NCBI GenBank assembly: GCA_963835065.1
Contig: CAWIEK010000044.1
Span: 1 to 64,000, forward strand
DNA: 64,000 nt
Direction of reading: 5' to 3'
Origin: an uncultured Chthonomonadaceae bacterium
Lineage (GTDB): Bacteria > Armatimonadota > Chthonomonadetes > Chthonomonadales > Chthonomonadaceae
The notes beneath the pieces are model-generated. The model searched no databases, was not told where the DNA came from, and was given only the letters and a program-made list of their open reading frames with translations. A program made the translations under genes and the position numbers. The first letter of the stretch is position 1. Each line of letters begins with the position of its first letter. Below are positions 1 through 8,859 of the stretch, in pieces.

Positions 1-581
1 TTCTGCGTTTCTTTGTAGGGGGGGATGCCACCGTACTTTTTCACCGCGCCCGAACCGGCGTTGTAAGCGGCGAGGGCGAGAGGCGTGTCGCCTTTATATT
101 GTTTAAGCAGGCCGGCCAGCAGGCGCGTCCCTGCCGCGATATTTTGTTCCGGGTCGAAGGCATCGGTAACGCCTAATTCCTGTATCTCTTCGGGCATCAA
201 CTGCATCAGTCCCTGCGCGCCGGCATGGGAAACGTCGCGGGGATTGCCGTCCGACTCCTGCCGAATCACGGCGCGTACCAGTTCGGGCGGAAGGCCGTTT
301 TGCCCGGCGTGTTTGGCAATCAGCGATTCGATGTAGGGCGCGAAGGGCGGGCCGCCATTGCCCGTCGGCTGCAACTGGACGCTGCCCGTCGCCTGCGCCA
401 GCGTGAGATTGAACGGCTGCTGCGCCGCGCCCGTTCCAGATGCAGGCGTTAGCCCCGGCAAACCCTTCCCGGCAGCAGGCGAAGCAACCGCAGGCAGCAT
501 CGCAGGCGGTTCCGGTTCCGCAAACATGTTCAACCGCGATTGTATCTCCTGAACGCGCGCCATCGCCGACTCATAACTCAT
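1..581 (-). CDS. Lytic transglycosylase (SLT domain); 3' end outside window
   Basis: Manual translation, absent from ORF track: MSYESAMARVQEIQSR...ELVRAVIRQESDGNPRDVSHAGAQGLMQLMP...LALAAYNAGSGAVKKYGGIPPYKETQ. Shows the ES, GLMQ and AYNAG SLT motifs; AAGGAG RBS upstream. Confidence 0.9.
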   Translation of the reverse strand, partial: MSYESAMARVQEIQSRLNMFAEPEPPAMLPAVASPAAGKGLPGLTPASGTGAAQQPFNLTLAQATGSVQLQPTGNGGPPFAPYIESLIAKHAGQNGLPPELVRAVIRQESDGNPRDVSHAGAQGLMQLMPEEIQELGVTDAFDPEQNIAAGTRLLAGLLKQYKGDTPLALAAYNAGSGAVKKYGGIPPYKETQ

Positions 582-697
582 CGTTCCTACTCCTTATGCG
601 CAGGGCGCAACAAAATGAATTTCTTTGCTGTAGGGCGTTCCGCCAAGTGTCTGCCTGCGCGGACACCAACCACGAACCACGAACCACCAGCCAGCAA

Positions 698-1156
698 TTA
701 TGCTGCTTTCTGCCTGTCAGCGCGGATGTGGCGCAGGGTGGCGAGTTCATCCAGTGTTTCCTGCTCCAGCTTTTGCGTTTGTTCCGTGTGCAGAACAAGG
801 TCTTTGTCGCGCAGTTGCGAGACGGCTTCCCGCGCCTGCCGCGCTATGAGCATTTCCTGCCGCTTTTCTTCCACGACAATCTGCGCGGCTTCCACGCGGC
901 GCGTCTGCTGTTCCATGCCCGCCTGCAGCGCCTGCAGATACCGCTCCCGGTCAAAAATAAGATGGGCGTTGAACGGCTCTCCCGTTTTGCCCGGACGCCC
1001 GGAAACGATACGCGCAAACTCGTCCTGCATTCCCATCAAGCGGGCTTGCAGCGTCTGCCAATGCCCCTGCGCATTCGCAAATTCCTGTTCGCGCAGGCTT
1101 TCCAGCGTTGCGCGATGCCGCAGAACGGTTTCCAATCGAAAGGTAAAACGGCGCAT
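698..1156 (-). CDS. fliJ: Flagellar export protein FliJ
   Basis: MRRFTFRLETVL N-terminus, coiled-coil composition, EQ..LDE C-terminus; directly downstream of fliI. Confidence 0.88.
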   Translation of the reverse strand: MRRFTFRLETVLRHRATLESLREQEFANAQGHWQTLQARLMGMQDEFARIVSGRPGKTGEPFNAHLIFDRERYLQALQAGMEQQTRRVEAAQIVVEEKRQEMLIARQAREAVSQLRDKDLVLHTEQTQKLEQETLDELATLRHIRADRQKAA

Positions 1157-1169
1157 GGCGCTCCGGGGA

Positions 1170-1280
1170 AGGTTTCAGGTTTCAGGTGTCAGGAAAAACC
1201 TTTCAACTGTTTTCATGCTTTACAGCACAAGGTAGAGGAGCAGGCGCTTCCTGACACCTGATACCTGAAACCTGAAACCT
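1170..1280. repeat. Inverted pair of heptamer tandem repeats (AGGTTTC/GAAACCT type) between fliI and fliJ
   Basis: aggtttcaggtttcaggtgtcagg ... cctgacacctgatacctgaaacctgaaacct. Confidence 0.85.
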
Positions 1281-2657
1281 AATTGGTGAATTGCGTCAGC
1301 AGCGCCCGCAGCGTGTCCATGTACGCGCTGGGCGCGTCGGCGGGCTGGCGCAGGAAGGCGTTGACCTGGTCGATTTTGGCTTTGGCGCGGTCAATGCGTG
1401 GGTTGCTGCCGTCCACATACGCGCCGATATTGATCAGGTCTTCGGCCTGCTTGTAGGTGGCGAGAATGTCGCGCAGGCTGTCCGCCGCGTGGCGCTGTTC
1501 GGGCGAGGTGATGGCGGGCATGACGCGGCTGATGCTTTGCAGCACGTCAATGGCGGGATAGTGGCCCCGGTGCGCCAGATGGCGGGAAAGGACGATATGC
1601 CCGTCCAGAATACCGCGCACCGCATCGGCAACGGGTTCGTTCATATCGTCGCCTTCGACAAGCACGGTATACAGTCCCGTAATGCTTCCCGGCCCGGTTC
1701 CCGACGTGCCCGCGCGTTCCAGCAGGCGCGGCAGCATGGCGAACACGCTGGGCGTATAGCCCCGCGTGGCGGGCGGCTCGCCAATGGCTAGACCGACTTC
1801 GCGCTGCGCCATTGCGAGACGGGTTACGGAGTCCATCATCAGCATCACGTCCGCGCCCCGGTCCCGGAAATATTCGGCAATGGCGGTTGCGACAAGCGGG
1901 GCTTTGATACGCACAAGCGCGGGCTGATCCGAAGTGGCGACCACGACAACCGACCGCTGTATGCCCTCAATGCCCAAACTCTCCTCGACAAAATCCCGCA
2001 CTTCGCGCCCGCGCTCGCCGACAAGCGCGATCACGTTCACATCCGCGCTGGAACTGCGGGCGATCATGCCCATGAGGGTGGATTTGCCGACGCCCGAACC
2101 GGCGAAAATGCCCATGCGCTGCCCCTTGCCAATCGTCAGGCAGCCATCCAGAGCGCGAACGCCGGTGGACAGGGGTTCCGTGATGCGGGGGCGCGTGACG
2201 GCGTTGGGCGGCGGGCGAATTGACGGGGTAGTAGTGGTTCAAGTCGAGGGGCGGGCCGCCGTCCATCGGCTGTCCCAGCCCGTCGAGCATCCGCCCAAGC
2301 AGCGCGTCGCCGACCTGCACCTGCTGCGTTTGGCGCGTGGCAACCACTTCGCTGCCCGGCTTGATGCCTTCCATCACGCCAAGCGGCATGAGCAGAACGC
2401 GGTTTTCCCGGAACCCGACGACTTCGGCTTTGATGGGCGGCTTCGTCGGGGTCGTAATGGTTGGCGCGGTCATAATAAATGTGGCAGATTTCCCCAAGCG
2501 CGGCGTTCGGCCCGCTGGATTCAATGACCAGGCCGATAACCTGCGTCACCTTGCCGTTCTGCTTGACCAGATCGGTGCGCAAAACGCGCTGCCGGAACCG
2601 ATCCAGATCAACGACGGGCGGCATAATGGCGGGGAAATCAAGAGAGGAAGCGTTCAT
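1279..2657 (-). CDS. fliI: FliI/YscN-family export ATPase, split over three frames (breaks near 2440 and 2215)
   Basis: GKVTQVIGLVIES, KAEVVGFRENRVLLMP, GIFAGSGVGKST (Walker A), MLMMDSVTR (Walker B) and GHYPAIDVL are spread over ORFs 2136-2729, 1967-2524 and 1279-2115. Confidence 0.92.
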
Positions 2658-2717
2658 ACCCTTAGTATCGGAAAGGCGGGCGCGGCTTTGCAGACAAAAG
2701 TTAACTTTTACAGCGCG

Positions 2718-2764
2718 TCCAAACAACATTGAACGTTGACAATGTAGTTTGGATGTGCTATGCT
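2718..2764 (+). promoter_or_regulatory. Sigma70-type promoter overlapped by a 14-bp inverted repeat (candidate operator)
   Basis: TTGACA (2736-2741), 17 bp, TATGCT (2759-2764) preceded by TGn. Inverted repeat TCCAAACAACATTG (2718-2731) / CAATGTAGTTTGGA (2740-2753), 13 of 14 positions paired. Confidence 0.75.
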
Positions 2765-2797
2765 CATAGCAGTGGAACTTTCACGGAAACATTCCCT

Positions 2798-3259
2798 ATG
2801 CCATCATCAGGCTTTTCAACAACACAGGTTGCCGATATGACAGGCTTTTCGGTGCGCCAGTTGGATTACTGGGCGCGCTACGGCATCTTTACGCCTGAAT
2901 TGCAGCAGGCAAATGGGTCAGGCACACGTAAGCGTTATTCACTCGAAGATGTCGTGCAGTTGCGTTCTCTGCGTCGTCTGCAATGTTTCCGCTGGCCCAC
3001 ACAGAAAATTCGCCGTGTCATCGTAATGCTGCGCGAGGTCATGCACGATGCAAATCCTCTGCGTCAATCTACTCTCATTTCAGACCGCAATACCCTTGTT
3101 GCTGTTTATCGAACAAAACAAGGGGAGGAATTGCTATTGGATGGATTAAAGGCCGGAGGACAACACGTTCTCAGCTTGGTTATTGAGGTGGTAGAAGCGG
3201 AAATGCAGCAACTTGTGCGGCAGTATATTTCTCAGGAAGATGTCAATGAGCAACGTTGA
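2798..3259 (+). CDS. MerR-family HTH regulator
   Basis: FSTTQVADMTGFSVRQLDYWARYG...GSGTRKRYSLEDVVQL; overlaps the start of the next gene. Confidence 0.85.
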   Translation: MPSSGFSTTQVADMTGFSVRQLDYWARYGIFTPELQQANGSGTRKRYSLEDVVQLRSLRRLQCFRWPTQKIRRVIVMLREVMHDANPLRQSTLISDRNTLVAVYRTKQGEELLLDGLKAGGQHVLSLVIEVVEAEMQQLVRQYISQEDVNEQR

Positions 3260-5905
3260 AGCGCCGAAAATGTTAGACGACGTTCGCGCCCGTTTACACG
3301 GCATCGGCTATAAGGAACCTCTGCTTATCCCTAACTATCGGTTCCGGGACATCCGTGAAAATGGTTCCACATCTGCATCGCATCACATTGATTTGGCCGC
3401 CTTTGCCCAATTTCCTCCAAGTCTACGTAGCGCCTGTATTGGCGTAACGGTATCTTCTGACACGTCACCACAGAAAATAGCAGATTTCCGTTCGCTAGGC
3501 GCACCACAAATCCTTGAGATTAACGCGGCCTCACAACAGATTACGCGCTGGAAAATGCCTGCATCCGGTTTGCCCGTATATCAGGGTAAGAGGCCCTACG
3601 CCGAAATCGAAAGGCTTTTTGAAGATTACGAAACGGATTGGTCGCCGGATACAATTTTACGCGCAAAGGAAATTGCGTACACTCCTGTTACAAGAACCCC
3701 GGACTTTATTGACATCGGCCTGATGCCCGCGCTGGAAGCGGAATTGCGCGTCAGGCTAAATGAGGATCTAAAAAACATTCTCGCTGTTTGCAAAAAGACT
3801 TTTCGGCTGCGACATTCCGAAGAAGTTTTTGAGGCCGCTTCGGAAGCCCTCTATCGTCTGTTGTTTCGGCTTGTTGCCGCAAAGTATTCGATTGACCGGG
3901 GCAAACAGCCCGAATGGGCAGAACTTTCTTCATCAGAAGTTGTGCGCGAAGTGGAAGCGTTCTTTTCTCGCGTAACCATTTTAGAACCCGCCCTGGAGGA
4001 TGTGCCGACACGCGAAGCGGCATGGAAGGCGATACGCGACGGTCTGAACCTATCCAATTTGTCGCCGGAGATATTAGCGTATGTGTATGAAAACACGCTT
4101 GTAACTCCAGCGCTTCGGAAGAAGTACAGCATTCATGCGACACCATCGGCAGTGGCAGAATACATGGTCAGCCGTTTGCCAATCCGAGAGTTGGACAAAA
4201 ACGAACGGCGCGTCTTCGAACCGTTCTGTGGCGCGGCTCCTTTTTTAGTGGCTGCATTAGGACAATTGCGAGCGGTTGAAGACGAACCTGTTTCACCCAG
4301 AAGCGCAGCACGACTATTTACAACAGATGTTGATTGGTATGGAGATCAGCGCGTTCTCCCGTGAAATCGCATTTAACTCGCTTATTTTGGCAGACGATGC
4401 GAACCGCGATAGCTGGCAGATATTCGGTGGCGATGCCTTCGTATCCACGAATTTTGAAAAGTATTTGCAGTGGGCGCAACATCGTCCTTTGCAACCCACC
4501 GCATGAAACGTTCGCCAAGGCAAAGCAGCCAAAGCCTGCCTCTGCGGTGTATGACAGTCAGGCGGCAGAAGTATTGCATCGCGTCGTGAAACGCAAACCT
4601 GTCATGTTCGGCTTCGTGCTGCCTCGCGCTTTTGCGGACGGTCAGGATTTTCGCGTGTTACGCGAAGAGGTCACCAACGCCTATGCCGATGTGTCTGTCG
4701 TAATGCTCCCGGACAAGGCGTTCGGGAAAGCAGGCCAGGAAACTGCTTTACTGATAGCGCACAATCTGCGCAAAAACAGGAACCGGTACTACTCTGCCAA
4801 TGTGAGTGAAGAGGAATGGGAAGCGTTTCTGCAAACTCGCAAGCCTTTCGACGAGTACGAAACCACTGCTTTACAGCGAAATGAGAACAACAGGCCAATC
4901 CTCTGGCATCCTCCCTTACAACGGCTTTGGGATTACCTCGATGACTGTCCCACGCTGGATGCCTATGCGGAAGTACATCGTGGCATTGAGTACAATCGCC
5001 CGGTTGAAGAATGCGTGTTCGACACGCCGCAACCCTATACGCGGACTGGTGTTCAGACAATGGACGGGTACCTGGAGGCGTTTGTAGTTAAAAGACATCA
5101 GTATCTTAGCGTTAATCCCGAGGAAATGAAGTACCTTGCATATCAGTTGCCCTGGAAATCTTCCAAAGGTGTTGGTCAACATGTCACCTACAAGTCGCGG
5201 CTATTGGCGGATTGTAGGGGCAACTGATTATGAACAACTGATTGCCTCACAAAATTTTTTTGGTATTTGGCCGAAAGCAGACGCTCCGCTGGAACTGCTC
5301 GCTGCAATCATTAACAGTCCGGTTATCAACGCCTATACGTTTGTCCATGAGGGAAAGCGGACGCATCGGGTTGAAGTACTTGCAAATGCGCCTGTTCCTT
5401 ACTTCACGCCTGAACAAGCCGAACTGATTGTTTCACTAGTTCAAGATTATGCCTCCTGTCGGCTGCGCTGGCTTAGGAAAGAGGGAGAGGAAACGTATCT
5501 GCGCGAACAGTGTCTTCAACGACTGTGGCAGATAGATGCCGCCATACTGGAAGCCTATGCGCTGCCTGATAATTTGGAACAGGAATTGCTCCAACGGTTT
5601 GAAGGGGTAAAACGCACTCCACTTCCCTTTGACTTTCCTGGATATGGGGAAGGCTATGCGTCCGCGAAAGCAGCGTTACAAACAGAAAAGGGGTTTCAGG
5701 CCGCAGTACGGCGTTACCGTGAGTTATGCAGCCAAAAGTATAGCGCCCATACAACACTTGCAGAAACTGAGGAGATGCAGCGTCTTGCGCAAATCATTGA
5801 CGCACACAAATCGGCCTCCAATCCTCTTTACGGTCTAATCGGTATCGCAGAAGGAGGCCCAACGGATGGGCGGAAAACCACGACGCCTATCTCTATCGGC
5901 CTTAA
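3246..5905 (+). CDS. N6-adenine DNA methyltransferase (type IIG/Eco57I-like MTase plus TRD) with C-terminal antitoxin-like extension; frameshifts near 4290, 4475 and 5160
   Basis: HATPSAVAEYM, VFEPFCGAAPFL (motif I), VLCNPPH (motif IV), FGFVLP and TRD-like LAAIINSPVINAY across ORFs 3213-4364, 4276-4506, 4334-5227 and 5136-6329. The end is uncertain: TAA at 5903-5905 in the shifted frame, or read-through into PIN. Confidence 0.8.
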
Positions 5906-6329
5906 ACGCCACAAGGTTTTCATTGATACAGGCGGCTGGGTGTCGGTGGAGTGGAAAGGCGACGATTACCATAAAATTGGTTCGCCTTACTATGACGATC
6001 TGCTTCGTTCAGGGGCACAGTTGTTGACTTCGGACTATGTGCTTGACGAAACCCTTACACGACTGCGGCAAAATGCCAGATTAGAAATAGCCGAAAAGTG
6101 CTGGCAGACGATTAGAGACGCCGAGAAAATCGGGCTTTTAATTGTTCTCAGTGTAGACACCTCCGTTAGGGAGGAGGCGTTCGAGATATTTCGTAAGTAC
6201 CGCGATCAGGACTTCTCATTTACGGACTGCACGAGTTTCGTCTTGGCACGGCGGCAGCAGGTGGATGTAGTATTTGCGTTCGACCACCATTTCCGGCAGT
6301 TCGGGCTGATTGTACAGCCTGTGCCTTGA
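5901..6329 (+). CDS. vapC: PIN-domain (VapC-type) ribonuclease toxin; in frame with the MTase C-terminal part as assembled
   Basis: VFIDTGGW, LTSDYVLDETLT, FSFTDCTSF, VFAFDHHF: all four acidic PIN positions present. No independent ATG/GTG seen at the domain start. Confidence 0.88.
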   Translation, partial: LKRHKVFIDTGGWVSVEWKGDDYHKIGSPYYDDLLRSGAQLLTSDYVLDETLTRLRQNARLEIAEKCWQTIRDAEKIGLLIVLSVDTSVREEAFEIFRKYRDQDFSFTDCTSFVLARRQQVDVVFAFDHHFRQFGLIVQPVP

Positions 6330-6418
6330 ATGTAGTCGCAGGCTGCCGATGTGTCTGATTCCCTTGCGGTTCCGTAGCCTATATGAGTAGAGAATAGAGA
6401 TATAGCAGGAAACTGAAC

Positions 6419-6541
6419 ATGACGATGCTGTAATTGGAACAGGCGAAACTAAATGTGAGTTATAAGACGCGGGCGAACCTGTTCAACTGGCGTAGGCAGT
6501 TTACGCCGGAACAATTCTTCAGGCGCAGTCTGTTCGTTTAG
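6419..6541 (+). pseudogene. Relic of the N-terminus of a second DNA methyltransferase
   Basis: MTML*LEQAKLNVSYKTRANLFNWRRQFTPEQF resembles the K.RSNLF.W.GQFSP start of N4-C/N6 MTases; internal stop, then truncated. Confidence 0.4.
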
Positions 6542-6576
6542 CCGGTAGAGGCAACACGGTCTGCGCAGGAGTCGTC

Positions 6577-6605
6577 TTGACGCCTGTATGCAAGGGCGGT
6601 ACACT
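6577..6605 (+). promoter_or_regulatory. Sigma70-type promoter
   Basis: TTGACG, 17 bp, TACACT upstream of the AAGGAGG RBS of the next gene. Confidence 0.55.
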
Positions 6606-6675
6606 GTAAGAAGAAGGTGTGCCGCCCTTTGTGCTCGACACCTGCATACTATGTTTTTAGAAAGGAGGGCGTCCA

Positions 6676-7305
6676 GTGGCCTATTCCGATTTCACTTTGA
6701 AGGGACTGGCCCGACAGTTCAGCTTGACCATAGATGAAACGACCGACCTCTTTGCGAACGTGACGGAAACCCTCCTGCGCCCGGAGTTTCAAGCGCGGCT
6801 CGACATCATGGTTCCTCTCGCGCTGACGACTTCGACCGAAAAAGCGCGTTCCGAGTTCATCATCGCGCCCGTTCTGCTGGAACTCTGGCTGCTCAAAAAT
6901 CGCGAGATCGGATTGCTTTCCGGCGTGGAATTCAACATAGACAGGGCGCAGGGACTGGAAGGCGTCTGTGACTACATCATTACCCGCTTTCCCGAACAAC
7001 TCTTTATCAAGGCGCCGGTTCTCATGGTGGTGGAGGCCAAGAACGAGGATATGAAGAAAGGGTACGCGCAGTGCGGCGCGGAACTCATCGCGGCACAACA
7101 GTTTAATGAGCGGGAAGGCACGACAACCGAGCGGCTTTACGGTGTGGTGACTATTGGGGAACTCTGGCGGTTTATGGAGTTGGAAGGCGCGACGCTGCGG
7201 CTCGATTCGCGCAGTTACCACATTGACCGCCTGCCCAAACTCATGGGTATTCTCCTGCACCTGACCGGAATACACGCCTCAACTGAGGGCGTAACGCAAT
7301 CCTGA
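6676..7305 (+). CDS. Restriction-endonuclease-fold (PD-(D/E)XK, HsdR-N-like) hypothetical protein of the MAYSDFTL type
   Basis: EKARSE, GVCDYII, VVEAK, QCGAELIAAQ, YGVVTIGELWRF; strong RBS. Confidence 0.7.
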   Translation: MAYSDFTLKGLARQFSLTIDETTDLFANVTETLLRPEFQARLDIMVPLALTTSTEKARSEFIIAPVLLELWLLKNREIGLLSGVEFNIDRAQGLEGVCDYIITRFPEQLFIKAPVLMVVEAKNEDMKKGYAQCGAELIAAQQFNEREGTTTERLYGVVTIGELWRFMELEGATLRLDSRSYHIDRLPKLMGILLHLTGIHASTEGVTQS

Positions 7306-7455
7306 ATGTAGGGGCAGGTGGACGCCGCTGTCGGAAAAGCAAGGATGCGCTGACTACAACCGGCAAACCGCGCGTTCTTGACATGACGCGCTTACTTAAC
7401 GGCTACAAAGACCTACAAAAGTAGACAGAAAAAAGCCAAAAAACGTGAAAACAGT

Positions 7456-7660
7456 GAACCTTTTGCCCCACTCCCCCTGTCTAAACAGTACAAGTGTCTA
7501 CTATACAACAAAGGAGGTACAGGCCCATGTCTCACCCCTCCCGTCCGCCCTGACGCTGCTGAGGTCACGACGCCTCACTCCTACAATTTGACACAACGAG
7601 ACATCGGGCTGGAAGCGCTGTATTGCCAAGATTTCGACGATGACTCTACATACCCTTTTT
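7456..7660 (+). ncRNA. Candidate small RNA / micro-ORF element, copy 1
   Basis: GAACCT, 17 bp, GTCTAA ECF-like promoter; GGAGGT; ORF 7527-7553 (MSHPSRPP*); 52 nt identical to 46087-46138. Confidence 0.5.
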
Positions 7661-7764
7661 CAACACGAGGTCCAACGAACGCTGCATCCGCAAGCCAGCG
7701 TCTGCCCTATCCTTCGTTTCCGCAGCAACGCCTATGTTTGTTCCTGCAACGCGAGAAGCAGGAA

Positions 7765-7802
7765 AAGGAAAGGAGGGGCAAACGGCCCCTCCTTTCCTTT
7801 AT
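7765..7802. terminator. Bidirectional intrinsic terminator
   Basis: AAAGGAAAGGAGGGGC-AAACG-GCCCCTCCTTTCCTTT perfect stem. Confidence 0.75.
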
Positions 7803-7831
7803 ATGGCTGAGTCCGGTATATGAAATCCGCG

Positions 7832-8845
7832 TTATTCCGGGGAACCTTCGGCTTGCAGCCATTGCGCTTTGAGGGCGTCGCCGGATTTGCCTATGGCTTC
7901 CTTTTCGGCGTCGGCGTCTTCTTTGAGTTCCAGCGCGTGATAGGCATGAAGCCGCATCATACGCGCCATCGGGGAAATGGATTTGTCGGTGAGCGGCGAC
8001 AGCGTTTGCAGGACATTGCTGTACAGGCCGGCCTTGAACAGCTGAGACGCAATCGCCATATCGGCTTCTTCCGCATCGGTAAACGTCACGCTTTTCAGCA
8101 TGTCCACTCGCTCCACCATGTCTTTTTCCTGTGCCGCTTTGACAAAGGTAAACGTGGCGGGCAGGGACGTGTCGGTGACAGCCTCACTCCCGGAGCGTCC
8201 CACCGTCCAATGGTAGGTTTCGCCCGATTTCAGCGCGGGAGCGTCGGCGGGATAAGTAAAATGATTGGCCTTGATGTCTTTTGCCTGCCAGATTTGCGTG
8301 TTCTCGCTGTCATACACGGTAATCTGAACCGGGTCGGCCGACTGCGCGCGCCAGGTGAACGCCAGGTTTTGCAGCAAAACTTTTTTGCGCGGCAGCAGGG
8401 CGTGGAACGGCTCCGAAATCTCAAACGCGCCCCGCGTAGCCCCCTGCACATTGCGGCTCGCTTTTGCCAGCCCCGCGCGCTGATCATCGAACACGGCGCG
8501 CAGCAGCCGCGATTTCACATCGTTGCTCGGCCCGATGGGAGCCGTCACGCGGCGTTTTGTCGGCGGGTCGGTATCCGCGTAGATTTGCGTTTGCCCCGTG
8601 CTGACGAACCGGGCGGTCAGCTTGCCCCCCTTGTCCAGCGTCAGCGCATCGCCGGCAAACAGGGGGCTGAACCGCTCCAGAACGCGGGGCGCGCTCGTGC
8701 CGGATTGCGCCGTCGCCTTGCCCTGCACCTGCGCCACATAGGCAATCGAAGCCCCCGCTGAAGCCGCCATTGCCGGCCTTCCTCCCGCCATCCACACCAG
8801 TAACGCCAGAAATGCCGCCAGATTCGTGTATGTTTTGGTTTGCAT
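7832..8845 (-). CDS. Secreted DUF928-like protein
   Basis: Signal peptide MQTKTYTNLAAFLALLVWMAGG; YPADAPALKSGETYHWTV and C-terminal AGLYSNVL helices typical of DUF928; follows the CHAT gene. Confidence 0.6.
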   Translation of the reverse strand: MQTKTYTNLAAFLALLVWMAGGRPAMAASAGASIAYVAQVQGKATAQSGTSAPRVLERFSPLFAGDALTLDKGGKLTARFVSTGQTQIYADTDPPTKRRVTAPIGPSNDVKSRLLRAVFDDQRAGLAKASRNVQGATRGAFEISEPFHALLPRKKVLLQNLAFTWRAQSADPVQITVYDSENTQIWQAKDIKANHFTYPADAPALKSGETYHWTVGRSGSEAVTDTSLPATFTFVKAAQEKDMVERVDMLKSVTFTDAEEADMAIASQLFKAGLYSNVLQTLSPLTDKSISPMARMMRLHAYHALELKEDADAEKEAIGKSGDALKAQWLQAEGSPE

Positions 8846-8859
8846 AATGTTCCGTCTCT

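Noticed and set aside
2200..2460. Programmed frameshifting in fliI
   Set aside because: No precedent and no slippery-site signal; window-wide indel density explains it.
7551..7553. Selenocysteine or read-through at the conserved TGA
   Set aside because: Copy 1 has a second TGA three codons later and the two copies fall out of frame with each other.
7590..7660. tmRNA or 6S RNA identity for the duplicated element
   Set aside because: GGGCTG...TTCGAC only loosely resembles the tmRNA 5' end; no tRNA-like 3' end or tag frame, and no long 6S-type rod was evident by eye.
7588..7872. ORFs sharing TQRDIGLEALYCQDFDD (also 46046-46300) as a duplicated small protein
   Set aside because: Identity is at nucleotide level with no synonymous pattern, the starts are TTG without RBS, and the ends are unrelated. 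The real SD points to the 8-codon ORF.
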